A stretch of 57,346 nt of DNA, from assembly GCA_009602735.1 (NCBI GenBank), contig WELA01001098.1, positions 10,469 through 67,814 on the forward strand. The letters are read 5' to 3'. The notes beneath the pieces were generated by a model. It saw only the letters and a program-made list of their open reading frames with translations. It searched no databases and was not told the DNA's origin. Shown here piece by piece: positions 36,385 to 47,396 of this stretch; position 1 is the first letter of the stretch; every line of letters begins with the position of its first letter. Source of the DNA: Mesotaenium endlicherianum. Lineage: Eukaryota. Position numbers and translations under genes: made by a program.

Positions 36385-37260
36385 TCAATTTTTCCTCTTT
36401 CTTGTTCTTGCAGGCTGCCTCCAAGGGGTCTTCTGCTGCTTCTTGATGGTGGCAGGCTGCCTCCCTGAAGTCTTCGGGCTTCTAGTAGAGAGACTTGGGG
36501 CTGGTCCAAGATGGGGGTTGGCGGCATGGAAGCGCTTCAACTTTCTCTGAACTTTGTCAAGGTAGTGCGCCGCCACCCAACTATTCTCCGAATCTGGATA
36601 TCCTTTCCACTTGATCAAGTATTGCTGCTGTCTCCTGAAATTTCTCATAGCCACTATGTCTTCCACTTCGTACTCCAAATGATCATCCACTATTGTTGGG
36701 GCTGGTGGGGTTGTCACACGTCCTGGGAACTTGTTGTGGGGTTGCACATACGGCTTGAAGAGGGAAGCGTGGAATACGGGGTCGATGTGCATAGTCTGGG
36801 GAAGTTCTAGCTTGAAAGCAACGGGGTTGACTTGCTGGATAATCTTGAAGGGTCCCAAATACTTGGGAGAGAACTTGCTGCCGGCAGGCCTGTTGTTCAG
36901 GGAAATGTTCTTGGATGATAGTAACACGTTGTCACCCACTCTGTACGTAATTTCTCTTCTGGATCTGTTCGCCACTCTTGCTTGAGCATCTTGCGCGTGT
37001 TGTAGAGCTTTCTTCGCTGCTGTAAGGGCTGCTTCTAATGTCTCCATAAAATCTGTGGCTGCAGGTACTCCATCATGGCCAGCCGTGAAGCTCAGTGGCG
37101 TGGTCGGATGGAAGCCATAGTTGAGGAAGAATGGGGACTCATGGGTAGAGGCCTGCGTAGTGTTGTTGTAGGCAAACTCGAGGGGGGTCAAGTACATGTC
37201 CCAGTCTTGCTCGAGGGTAGACACGTAGGCCTTTGAAGAGGTCTTTAGGGTACGATTCAA
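36385..37260 (-). CDS. pol: Pol C-terminus: integrase remainder, GPY/F module and chromodomain (frameshifted from upstream pol)
   Basis: [53 protein letters not shown]; chromodomain [25 protein letters not shown]. Confidence 0.92.
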   Translation of the reverse strand: MNRTLKTSSKAYVSTLEQDWDMYLTPLEFAYNNTTQASTHESPFFLNYGFHPTTPLSFTAGHDGVPAATDFMETLEAALTAAKKALQHAQDAQARVANRSRREITYRVGDNVLLSSKNISLNNRPAGSKFSPKYLGPFKIIQQVNPVAFKLELPQTMHIDPVFHASLFKPYVQPHNKFPGRVTTPPAPTIVDDHLEYEVEDIVAMRNFRRQQQYLIKWKGYPDSENSWVAAHYLDKVQRKLKRFHAANPHLGPAPSLSTRSPKTSGRQPATIKKQQKTPWRQPARTRKRKN

Positions 37261-40049
37261 CGCTCGGTTTGCCCATCTGATTGTGGGTGGTAGGCAGTAG
37301 ACATATCCAGCGATGTACCCAAGTTCTTGAAGAGATTTTTCCAGAAATGGCTTGTGAATCTTGGATCTCTATCTGACACAATTCTTGATGGTAGTCCATG
37401 GAGTCGGAAGATGTTGTCAAAGATGAGTCTTGCAAGTTGTGGTGCTGTAGCCTTAGTCGTCGTGGGAATAAAATGAGCCATCTTGGTAAGTCTGTCCACC
37501 ACCGTGAGTATTGCATTATGGCCTCGAGGTGTCACGGGCAAGTCCACGATAAGGTCCATTGAGATGTCCGTCCATTGTCTTTCGGGGATTGGTAGTGGTT
37601 GGAGGAGTCCTCCCGCCTTTTGCGATGATGGCTTGATTCTTTGGCATGTGTCACAGCTCCTGCAGTACTCCTTGACTTGCTTAGACATGCCTGGCCAACA
37701 ATAAGTCCTAGCTAGAACGCCCGTGGTCCTTAGGATTCCAAAGTGTCCTCCAAGAGGGTTGTCGTGTGCTTCTCGTAGAAGCAAGAGCCGGAGGTCTAAG
37801 TCATTAGGAACACATCTCTGGCCCGTATCTTGCCTCACCCAATAATTGCCTTCTTGCTTCTTGCATGGGTCCAAGGCTGCTTCTCCGTTCTTGTAGTAAG
37901 GGTCTCTTTCATAGGCGGCTGAAAATCGAGCTTCCAGATCTGTCTTCAGGGATACCATCACTGCATTTAATTGCAGTCTTGAGAGGGGGTCAGCCGGGTT
38001 TGTCTTGCCGGGCTGGTACTGAATCGTGATGTTGTATTGTTGCAAGTATCCGCTCCATCTTGCTTGTCTCCTTGAGAGATACGGCTGCGTTTGGAGGTGC
38101 TTTAACGCCTCGTGGTCCGTGGTGACCAGTACTTTGCGTCCTTCAACGTAGCAGCGCCAAACCTTCAAGGCATGTACAATCGCCAATGCCTCTCGCTCCG
38201 TGGTTGTATAATTTTGCTCGGCTGGATTTAGCTTCCTTGACTCGTAGGCGATGGGCTGCAGTCCCTTGCCTTGGTCTTGAAGCAGGATTGCTCCTATTGC
38301 ATAGGAAGATGCATCGGTGATGACGTGGAAGGGCCAATCTGGGTTTGGACTTGGGAGTGTGAGCACCGGGGATGTGGTCAATCTTCGCTTTAACTCTTGA
38401 AATGCCTCTTCCTCTTTCTCGGTCCATGTATATAGCCTGTCCTTCTTGAGTAGATCTGTCAGGGGGGCTGCTATGTGCGAGAAGCCTTGGATGAATTTTC
38501 TGTACCAATTGGCAAATCCCAAGAATGACTGGAGTTCTTTCTTGGTCGTGGGGGTTGGCCATTCCTCCACCACCGTGGTCTTCTTGGGGTCTATCTTGAT
38601 GCCATCAGCAGTCACGTGGAGACCTAGGAACTCCACTTCTTGTTTGGCAAACTCGCATTTTGACTCCTTCGCAAACAGCTTGTTTTGCTTCAATACTTCA
38701 AGGACTTCTTTCAAGTGTCTCGCATGCTCTTCAAGGGTCTTGCTGTAGATAAGGATGTCATCGATGAATACCACCACAAATCTGTCCAACATGGGCTGAA
38801 ATATGGTGTTCATCATAGTCATGAAAGTTGCTGGCGCGTTGGTGAGTCCAAATGGCAGGACCATGAACTCAAAATGTCCATATCTTGTCCTGAATGCCGT
38901 CTTCTCTATGTCCGGTTCTGCGATGCGAATCTGGTGGTAGCCGCTCCGTAAGTCAATCTTCGTGAAGTACTTGGCTCCAACCAGCCGGTCCATGAGCTCA
39001 TCCATGCGCGGCAGCGGGTATCGATTCTTGATGGTGATCTTGTTGAGGGCGCGATAGTCCACACACATCCTCAAGGTACCATCTTTCTTCTTGACAAATA
39101 GCACCGGGGCTCCAAATGGCGACTTGCTAGGTCGAATGAAGCCATGCTCCAGTAGCTCCTTGATTTGCTTCTTGACTTCGTCTAGCTCCGTGTATGACAT
39201 TTTGAACGTAGGCCGAGAGATGGGCTTGCTTCCGGGCTCCAACTCTATCTTGTGGTCTACGAATCTTTTGGGGGGTAGGCCCTTGGGCAATTCCGGGGAG
39301 AACACTTCTTTGTAGTCCTCAAAGACTTCTTGTATCTCCTTGGGAACGGGGCTGCCTTCTTGACTCTCGATGTCTTTCTTGATGTCTTTTGGCGTGATCA
39401 AGGCCAAAAGAAGCTCGTGTCCCTTCCTCACAAGTCTCTTGAGTTGGAGGGCGGACAATAGTATCTCGTGTGCCGGCTTCTGGATGTCTTGGGTCTGGAT
39501 ATTCTGGATTGCGCGCAAAATACAGATTCTTGAAGTGATGTCATTCTTGATCTTGATAGTACCGGTCCTCCAATCAACTTGGGGGTTGTGCTTGGTCAAC
39601 CAAGGCGTCCCTAGGATGACGTCGTACTTGCCCAATTGCATGGGGGAGAACACTACTCTATCCTTGAAGGACTTGATAGAGAGTGCCAAGGGGTACGTCT
39701 TCTTGGAAGGGGTAGTATAGGAGAATCCATCGGGCATCATAATCTCCTCGTCGTGGTCAAGAGTTCGCATAGTAATACCGTGCTTGGTGGCAAAATCTGC
39801 AGCAATGAAGTTGCCTTGAGCTCCGCTATCCACCAAGATGTGGACCTTCTCTCCTCCAAGGTAACCTCTCAAACTCATTGGGGCTGGAACGTCGTCTTCA
39901 ACGGGGGTCTCCACCTCACTTGGCGTGTTGCCTTCTCGTGAAGTGGGTCTTGGGGTGGTAGGCTCCTGGCCTACCGGCGCTGTCCGTTTTTTGACAACTT
40001 TTTGGGGCATGACAGTGCACGATGGCCCTTTTCCTTGCAATAAAAGCAA
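37257..40049 (-). CDS. pol: Pol polyprotein: aspartic protease, reverse transcriptase, RNase H, integrase N-terminus and core
   Basis: Protease [37 protein letters not shown]; RNase [11 protein letters not shown]; integrase [25 protein letters not shown]. Confidence 0.96.
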   Translation of the reverse strand: MLLLQGKGPSCTVMPQKVVKKRTAPVGQEPTTPRPTSREGNTPSEVETPVEDDVPAPMSLRGYLGGEKVHILVDSGAQGNFIAADFATKHGITMRTLDHDEEIMMPDGFSYTTPSKKTYPLALSIKSFKDRVVFSPMQLGKYDVILGTPWLTKHNPQVDWRTGTIKIKNDITSRICILRAIQNIQTQDIQKPAHEILLSALQLKRLVRKGHELLLALITPKDIKKDIESQEGSPVPKEIQEVFEDYKEVFSPELPKGLPPKRFVDHKIELEPGSKPISRPTFKMSYTELDEVKKQIKELLEHGFIRPSKSPFGAPVLFVKKKDGTLRMCVDYRALNKITIKNRYPLPRMDELMDRLVGAKYFTKIDLRSGYHQIRIAEPDIEKTAFRTRYGHFEFMVLPFGLTNAPATFMTMMNTIFQPMLDRFVVVFIDDILIYSKTLEEHARHLKEVLEVLKQNKLFAKESKCEFAKQEVEFLGLHVTADGIKIDPKKTTVVEEWPTPTTKKELQSFLGFANWYRKFIQGFSHIAAPLTDLLKKDRLYTWTEKEEEAFQELKRRLTTSPVLTLPSPNPDWPFHVITDASSYAIGAILLQDQGKGLQPIAYESRKLNPAEQNYTTTEREALAIVHALKVWRCYVEGRKVLVTTDHEALKHLQTQPYLSRRQARWSGYLQQYNITIQYQPGKTNPADPLSRLQLNAVMVSLKTDLEARFSAAYERDPYYKNGEAALDPCKKQEGNYWVRQDTGQRCVPNDLDLRLLLLREAHDNPLGGHFGILRTTGVLARTYCWPGMSKQVKEYCRSCDTCQRIKPSSQKAGGLLQPLPIPERQWTDISMDLIVDLPVTPRGHNAILTVVDRLTKMAHFIPTTTKATAPQLARLIFDNIFRLHGLPSRIVSDRDPRFTSHFWKNLFKNLGTSLDMSTAYHPQSDGQTER

Positions 40050-41251
40050 AGTCCAGCCGTCATGAGAGCTTCTTTTTCAGCCGGGGAGAGTCTTGCTTTC
40101 ACTCCTTGCTGGTTTCTTGCATCATAAGTGTCATTGGAGGGTCTTCCACTCTTCCGGGCAGCCGCGGGGTCCCTTTTAATAACTCCGATTTCCATGGGTG
40201 TGGGTCCAGATTCGGATGTGGAAGGGGCTGCGTACACGCGCGTCGTCGGTACCCGTGAAGATGAAGGCACGGAGTGCTTGAAATCCAAGGTATCCACCTT
40301 TTGGGCCACTTCAATGATCTTTGAGAAGTCCGTCAAGTCGCGTAACTCCACTTCCTTTGCCACCTTGGGTTTGAGGCCAAAGATGTAGCGGTCAATCTTC
40401 TCCTCGAGAGACATGTTGGGGATCTCAAGAGTGAGGGCGTGAAATCTGGATGTATACTCTTGAACGGACGTCGTTTGCTTGAGATGGTGGAGCTTTCCTC
40501 GGGCAATCTTCTCCGCATTGATGGGCATGAATTGCTTCTTGAGGGCCTCACGAAAATCTGCCCATCTTGCATATGATGGTGGGGGCTCTTGGCCGAGCAT
40601 GGGGTGCGCCATAGCTTGATATATAGCCGCTTGATAGTTACGCCACCATGATGTTGCTGCTCCTCTAAGTAAGGTAACGGCAAAGGGAACGTAGTCCTCC
40701 TCGGGTACTTCAAGGAATGCGAGGTACGTCTCCACTTGGTAGAGCCATAAATTCAGGTTGGCACCTTTCCCGGGGTTGAAAGTGTCGGGTTTGCCGGGCT
40801 TGATGAGTTTCCTTGCTCTCGTTGGCTCTTGTGGAGGCGCTTGAGCCGGGGCTGGATTTTGAGCATTGCTCGCAATAGGGGCAACCATGGCAGCCATAGC
40901 TTCTCTTGACGCTTGCACGGTTGCTTCATAGGTGGCCAAGCCCACTTGGTTGTGGACGGTCATTAGGAAGGCTGCCCACTCATTTGCGGGAACTCCTTGT
41001 GGTGGGGTCAACTTTGCTATAGCGGCTGCCACGGGATTTGACGGTGCTCCTCCTTGTGGTGCTTCTTGTTGTTGGAGATTTCCTTGAGTAGGCTCTCCCA
41101 TCGACGCTGGAGGAGGGTGTGCTCCTCCTTGTGGTGCTTCTTGTTGTTGCAGATTTTCTTGAGTGGGCTCTCCCATCGGCGCTGGAGGAGGGTGTCTTGG
41201 AGAGGAAGGGCTTCCTTCGAAAGCTTGCTGTTGGTCTTGAGGATCGGCCAT
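39971..41251 (-). CDS. gag: Gag with CCHC zinc knuckle
   Basis: 426 aa. Retrotransposon gag core ([24 protein letters not shown]), PTPMEIG, and [14 protein letters not shown]. Confidence 0.93.
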   Translation of the reverse strand: MADPQDQQQAFEGSPSSPRHPPPAPMGEPTQENLQQQEAPQGGAHPPPASMGEPTQGNLQQQEAPQGGAPSNPVAAAIAKLTPPQGVPANEWAAFLMTVHNQVGLATYEATVQASREAMAAMVAPIASNAQNPAPAQAPPQEPTRARKLIKPGKPDTFNPGKGANLNLWLYQVETYLAFLEVPEEDYVPFAVTLLRGAATSWWRNYQAAIYQAMAHPMLGQEPPPSYARWADFREALKKQFMPINAEKIARGKLHHLKQTTSVQEYTSRFHALTLEIPNMSLEEKIDRYIFGLKPKVAKEVELRDLTDFSKIIEVAQKVDTLDFKHSVPSSSRVPTTRVYAAPSTSESGPTPMEIGVIKRDPAAARKSGRPSNDTYDARNQQGVKARLSPAEKEALMTAGLCFYCKEKGHRALSCPKKLSKNGQRR

Positions 41252-41271
41252 CTTCTTGTGCTACCAAAGTG

Positions 41272-41287
41272 CCTAGCTCCGATACCA
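41272..41287 (-). promoter_or_regulatory. Primer-binding site, tRNA-iMet-like
   Basis: TGGTATCGGAGCTAGG, 1 nt inside the 5' LTR. It resembles the plant iMet PBS TGGTATCAGAGC. Confidence 0.85.
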
Positions 41288-41288
41288 C

Positions 41289-41791
41289 TGTAGTGAAACA
41301 GATAGATAAAGTACTTAGTAAAACAGAATACTTTATCTATTCAAGACAAGGATCTTTGAACACAAGTGGTAGCTTCTTGAAAGAGAGATGGCTTCTTGAA
41401 AGTTAATATATTTCTGGATTTTGGCAAGTACAAGAGTGATTCTGGAATGTCTTTCTATGTTCTAGCTCTTGTTTATATACTTGCTACATAAGTAATTTCT
41501 AGGAAGGTGTATGTTGATGTGTTGGCACCCAACACATCCCAAAACTTGCCACCTCTTTCTAGAATAATGTACACATGTCCTTTTGACCTAAAAATGGCAC
41601 ATTTGACTTTTGCCACATGGAGTTCTTCTAGGTCTTTCCTCTAACTTCGAAAATGCCTTGGAAGGTTCAAAGGACATGAACCAAGTTACTAGAGTACCTA
41701 TTCACACTTGACTCCACACAATACTACTTCAAATATATTTGAAAACATTAAAATATATGCAAACTAATGTATAATAACTCAAATCACTACA
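41289..41791 (-). repeat. 5' LTR
   Basis: 503 bp, near-identical to 35116-35618, adjacent to the PBS. Confidence 0.95.
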
Positions 41792-43930
41792 CTTTTGAAC
41801 AAATCAGCTCCCCTCGTGTTTCGTGTGCATTGTACGTTGTGCAATGCCCATTGCCATGCCTACTGAGCCCTTGTGATGCATATGCAATTGAGTTGCATTT
41901 GTTTGAAGTTTCAAGACTACGTCGCATGTTTCTTCTGAATCTGGTCATACACGTGACAGAAGACAAATACATCCATACGACATTTTGCTTCTTTATTTCA
42001 AATTTGTTTGAAATATGAGCCGCAGATGGAGTAATAAATAAATGGCTGGATGCAACGAAGTTGTGACTGTACCTGGCTTTCTTGAGCGAGGCTTTAGCGT
42101 TGAAACTTAAGAATGTGATTTCGAATTTGCACAGGTATGAAAGAAGAAGTAGAAAACTTTTAAGAATTTGAAGATTTAGACGTACATCGTTCACAACCAA
42201 GGTTTGCAGTGTTTAGTAGCTGAAACATAACAACTTGAGGGTTTCTCTGGAACATTTGTATATACTCTGTCTACTGCTACTAGGTATACGTTTACACGAT
42301 TATACATTTTCAGGTCGTGCAATTTGAAGACAAATTGGAAAGCCCAATTGCTGTTGAACCAAGCGTCATGCACTTATTTATATTAAGACGCGGAAAATCT
42401 CCTACGTTTCTCTATTCTTCATGATGCATTCCACATATCTAATTCTACCACATATTGATGCGTTGGCAAGGAAAAGCATTTTTATTTTCCTACTTTAGTT
42501 CTCACATATTGAAAACTAAACATCCTCAAATGCTTCGGTCATGCAGTCGTTTACTTTCAAAGTTGATACAACAAACTTGCAGTGGGTTTCCAAGAGTGGG
42601 TCAGTTAAGTTGCCACGCATCTAAATGGTAACGGTCTCAACGCCAAGTCTGCCGATGCGATTAGGTTGTCGCAACACTTGCACATTTCGGTGTGTAGACA
42701 CAAATTAAAGAGCTTATTTAGCTGTGATAATAGTAGTTATTGGAGGATAGAGGAAAGAATTGGGACATCCAGCTCCTCTTCTCCTTTCTAAGACTCATTC
42801 CCAACACACACATTCTTTATTTTCTTCAGCAATCCCTCTTCTTAGTATGAACCAATACCTTTCTTTGTGATCCTCGTATTAAAATTTTAGCGTCATCTTT
42901 ATTGTACACATATCATTTATACGCATACAGATTAGAAATCTGATTATCAACAGAAAGGGCTTGTGGCCTACTCGGGGAGGGATGTACTTTTAATCTGGCC
43001 GACAAATCTCGAAAAAAGAACTGGGTCCGTTGACACTACGTCTTGCAATAAAAAAATAATCAAGCGTAACATGTTGCTTAAATTCACTTGGACCATATTT
43101 GACTGGCTTGAACCAGCTTGACTCAAAGAGTCCGACAAAGTTTGACTGACCACGGAAGGGCCACCGGTCCCAAAGTTCCAACTGGTCCAGATTCCACAGA
43201 ACCCCGCCCTATTTGGCCCCTTATACCAGGACATATACACCGTAACTTTTGGGAGAACATGGGAAGAAAGTGGAAGAAAGGGTGGCACGATCTGCTGTAC
43301 TTTGCTGTAATTCGTGGAAAAGGATCGCTTGCTGGCAGCTCTCACAAGTCAACGCATATCGACTGCCTGAAATTGACGGCGAAGCCAGATCTTCCCGCAT
43401 TAACTAGTTACCAAGCTGGGCTGACAGGCGCTGATCTCACCATAATCCGCCGCTATCTGTGCTACCCTTGTTGGCCCTAGATGCGGGGGCCGACATGCGC
43501 ATTGCATGGTCAGTGCTGGTCGGCGTGGGTTCGTGCTAAAGGTCAGCTGGCTGCTGGCTAGTGCTGGCTAATGCTTAGTTTTTGTATAAAAGATCATATC
43601 CGCATGCTTCAAGTACTGTTGAGAATTTCTCACTAGCTTAAGTGAACATAAGGCCACATCACGGGCACATCATTCAACTGGAGGCACGCAAAATCTTTCA
43701 CGACTACCCTGTTTCTCCCACAGCCTCCGGAGTCCGACTTCCAACATGGGCATCGGTCCCCTTTGTTGGGAAAGATCGAGCTGAAGATGAGTGAGTCTCA
43801 GAGCTAGATTGAAAGATTGCTCAGCTCATCCCGCCTTTTCAAGAAGCATCCTCTTTTCCAAACTTCGTCAGGCGGTCATTACTGGGGCGCTCATAGCTGG
43901 GGCTTGTTTTCACAAAGACGCGCACTAAAG

Positions 43931-44547
43931 ATGAGGAAGGGCAATCTTGCATCATACCTGTGTCTTGCCATTGCTGTGGCGTTGCTCTGTGTGAGCATTT
44001 CACTGCAGGTGGAAGCGGCGCCATCGAGCAAGCCTCCGCCTCCGAAAGTCACACGTAGACCTCCACCTCCGAAAGCTTCACCAAAGCCCCCACCCCCCAA
44101 GAGTTCACTGAAGCCCCCACCCCCCAAGAAATCGCCCAAGCCCCNAAGAGGAGTCCGCCTCTGAAGACGTGCGGTCCAAAGGACAACTACGTGCAGTGCT
44201 CTGCGTGCGACAGGATCCTGGCCGGGCTCGACAACTGCTTCTGCTTCAACCAGACGTGCAAGAAGTTCTGCTCGCTGCAGAAGAAGCAGCCCTGCAAGGA
44301 CTGCGGCAACCCCGACGGGGCGGGCTGCCTGTGCTCCCCCAAGGGCTACTGCACCCCTGCATGCTACGTCTCCACCGGCTTGGGGCGAGTCTGTAGAGGA
44401 TGCGATGACCCCTACCAGGGGTGCGTGTGCAGCGGCAGCGAAGAGCTCGGGTGTGTCAACTTCTGCACCCTCCCCGTCAATGCGGGCAAGGCGTGCAAGT
44501 GCAGGAGCGGCGGGTGTAAGTGTTCCAAGGGCAAGTGTACGAAGTAG
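43931..44547 (+). CDS. Secreted Pro/Lys-rich (extensin-like) plus cysteine-rich repeat protein
   Basis: ATG at 43931. Signal peptide MRKGNLASYLCLAIAVALLCVSISLQVEA, then xx(K/R)PPPPK repeats. The apparent frame break coincides with n44145, a gap inside the repeat. The sequence continues KRSPPLKTCG...CTK* with 24 Cys and GC3-rich codons like the other exons. Confidence 0.8.
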
Positions 44548-44856
44548 AGGGAGGAGCTAGGAAAGTGGCCCCCATTCTCCCCCCCACCTTCCCCACACCC
44601 CTCATCCCCCCCTCCTCTCTTTCCCTGAATCCCCCTTCTCTTCTACCTCTTTTTCCTCCAGCCCTCCCTCTCTTTCCTCATCTCCCTCGACCTCATTCTG
44701 CACATGAGTGGCGCGACGATATGTAGGCGTAGTCCTAGTCAAGTATAAACGGTTAGATAGGATTTCTCATTTCCACGTGCAGCTGGTACTGCATTGTAAG
44801 GAGCTCCCGGCTGCATAGAAGCCAGCTGGTCGGGTAGATAAGACAGAGGAAGCGGT

Positions 44857-46000
44857 TGCTATGAATAGTCACCCCCCCCTGGATTTCCCCCTCCCTAAAT
44901 TTTGGGAGGGAGAAAGGGAGCTAGGTGAAAGGTGCGGGTGCAGGGTGAGGCTATCTGTCCAAATGTTCCTCAGCAGATACTTCAGTCAGCTGGTATAGCA
45001 TGGCAGGTGGAGGTGGTGGGAGCGAGCATTCCAGCTTTAGACTGTATCTGAGTGATTGTAGCATAGGTCTCGGTCCTGGGATCTCTCACCATGCTTGTAC
45101 TGGTCTCTTCTGGGCCCGTCCAGGTGTCAGTTGACCGTGCGGACAGGTGGACACGCGACTTAGAGATCACTAGCTTGGGCCTCTCTCACTCTTCCAGCCT
45201 CTCTGTATGGGTAGGAAGCTTCAGACCCTGCGATATTTATGTGCATTCCGTCTACTTACTAATATACTTAGTAGCATAGTTAAGCATCTGGCGCGCCTGG
45301 TAGGGCTTGCTCTTTGTAGAACCTCCAGGGTCTGCTTGGTAGGGCGCTTCTTGCGTTACGACACCTGGCGTCTCCTAGAGCCTCCTCTCGCTGCAACACC
45401 AAGCCGGCATCTAGGACTCTCTGAGCTCCCGCTCTTACTCTAGGAGACATCAGGAGGCGGCGTGTCCACGGTGTCTCTCTCACCTCCCTGTGGGGACGTG
45501 GGGTGGTCTCTCTCTGTCCCCTGGCTGTGGATTCCTCTGGGAACGCGGTGTTCCTCATGCTCCACAGGAGACACGCTCCTCCCGGGACGCAGTGTCCCTC
45601 ATGCTCCGCTACTGGCACGCTCCTCTGGGAACGCGGTGTGTCCCTCATGCTCCATCAGAGACACGATCCTCTGGGGACAGGGGGGGTCCTCACTGTCCTC
45701 TGGGTGGATGCTCGTCGGGCACGAGGTGTCCCTTGTGCTGCTCCATCAGAGACACGCTCCTTTGCTGGTGCAGTGTCTCTCGCCCCTGGGCAGGGGGCCT
45801 GGAAGGACGCAGCATACCCCGCTATCGTCTGCGGAGATGTGGTGTCCCCTGTCTGCACTTTGTGGAGACGCAGTGTCCCTTAGTCCCCTCTGCCGGGCGC
45901 CAGCTTGGCAGCCGTCCTCCGTTGAAGCCGTCCTTCGTTGATCTCGGCAGGGTAGTGGCTGGCAGGTCAAAAGCTGTCAAGCTCGACTCCAGTGGGAGAC
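44857..46000 (+). mobile_element. Probable LTR-retroelement remnant (LTR end, PBS and tandemly repeated leader)
   Basis: ...agttaagCA (45286), 2 nt, then TGGCGCGCCTGGTAGGG (45289-45305), which has PBS geometry. About 44-bp tandem repeats follow. No second LTR or coding domain seen. Boundaries are approximate. Confidence 0.45.
45533..45780. repeat. About 44-bp tandem repeat (tcctctgggaacgcggtgtccctcatgctccatcagagacacgc-like)
   Basis: Units start near 45533, 45577, 45621 and 45667, with degenerate copies after. Confidence 0.8.
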
Positions 46001-47396
46001 ACTTATTTTGAGGAGGACATGAGGAGACGTGTGTTGTTTCTTTACTACATTTATTGTAGGATCAGGTCAGGATGGAATTTTCTAACATTAGCAGACACTT
46101 GGAGTCAGCTAGCTCTTCTAAGTTACTCTGACATGTGCGCGTCAAGTCTTGCACAGGTGGCATGCATGTATGCCATGTCATGCCGCATCGCAATCGCATC
46201 ATGTTGTGACGCCCTTGCTCTCACTGAGAGCGTGAATACCAATGCTCTCAATACCAACGCTTCCTCAGATGCTGGTCTGTTATGAGTACTGTTGCCTGAG
46301 TTGTTAAGTACACTCGTGTGAGTTCTTATTTGTGGCCATGCTTTGCTGGAGTACCGCGTGTATTGACTGTTGTTTTAGTTTGCTCCCGAAACGCCGATGC
46401 TGCTTTGCTTGTAATCTCCCACTCTGCCGTAGCGTATCATGCATCATGTCAAATTGCTTCCCGCATGGTGTTTTCGTTTGCCACCGAATTGCAGTTCATG
46501 AGATTTGACTCTGCCAACATGTTTCTTACATCACTTAAAAATTAGGGTTTCTTTCACGTCTCCGTTCAATTTCGTCTGTAATTAGTCAACAGCGCACGTG
46601 AAGTTGTATTTGAGTCAACCTCGCCTATGAGGCACCTGCTTGTATTCAAAAAATTCAAATCGCAAAAAGGCACATGCAGGAATTAAAATCTAAAACTTGT
46701 TCGGCCATCTGCCTGCCAGCGCCTGTCAACACCACTTACCTTCACGGACAAATTACTTGAGTTTTGATGGCTCTGCATCTCAGTATAATAAACATCCCCT
46801 CGCCGGCCCCACAAATCCAAGATGCACAAAGGGTGCATGTACCTCCCTAACCCTTCACCCTTGCTATTTGAAAGAATAAAATGAATAAACTGATGGACCT
46901 TCTTTTAACATACCTTCATCTGCGTAAAACTTAAGCCTAATGCTAAGGCTACTCCGCACCAATATGTATATCTACAAGTACTACTTAAACTCAAGATTTT
47001 ATTTTCTAGAACCTAACCTGCAGAGTGAAGCCCCCCACACAGCCCCTCTCTTCACGTGCCCCCCTCTTCCTTCCCCTTGCCCTGCCAACGCCTCCCCCAT
47101 TCTAATCCCAACTATCATATTGCCAGATGAATAACTATAAAAGAAAAACTATAAAAGAATATCTATAAAAGAATGTACGTCTATGCACGTGCGTAAAGTC
47201 TAGGGCTCTGACTCCAGCGGGCCCCCTGTCCTCCCCCTCCTGCCAGATTTAGAAAACTTCACCTCAAGCGTTCTACACAGAGATAGAGGGGGGTCCTGAT
47301 CGGCTGCATCAGCCGGCACCCCCCACCCTTTCCTTCCTTCCCCTCGAAGCTCAGGAGCCGCCAGCTGCCAGGTGGCAGTTCCAGGGGGGGTTTTCC

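Larger units (their letters stand above)
35116..41791 (-). mobile_element. Full-length Ty3/gypsy LTR retrotransposon, chromovirus type
   Basis: Two 503-bp LTRs with TGTAGTGA...TCACTACA ends. 5-bp TSD CTTTT at 35111-35115 and 41792-41796. PBS and PPT present. Domain order is gag, then PR-RT-RH-IN-chromodomain. Confidence 0.97.

Noticed and set aside
45462..46011. 126-173 aa overlapping ORFs, and a possible CRISPR-like array
   Set aside because: The ORFs arise from a GC-rich tandem repeat. The units are contiguous with no unique spacers and the context is eukaryotic.
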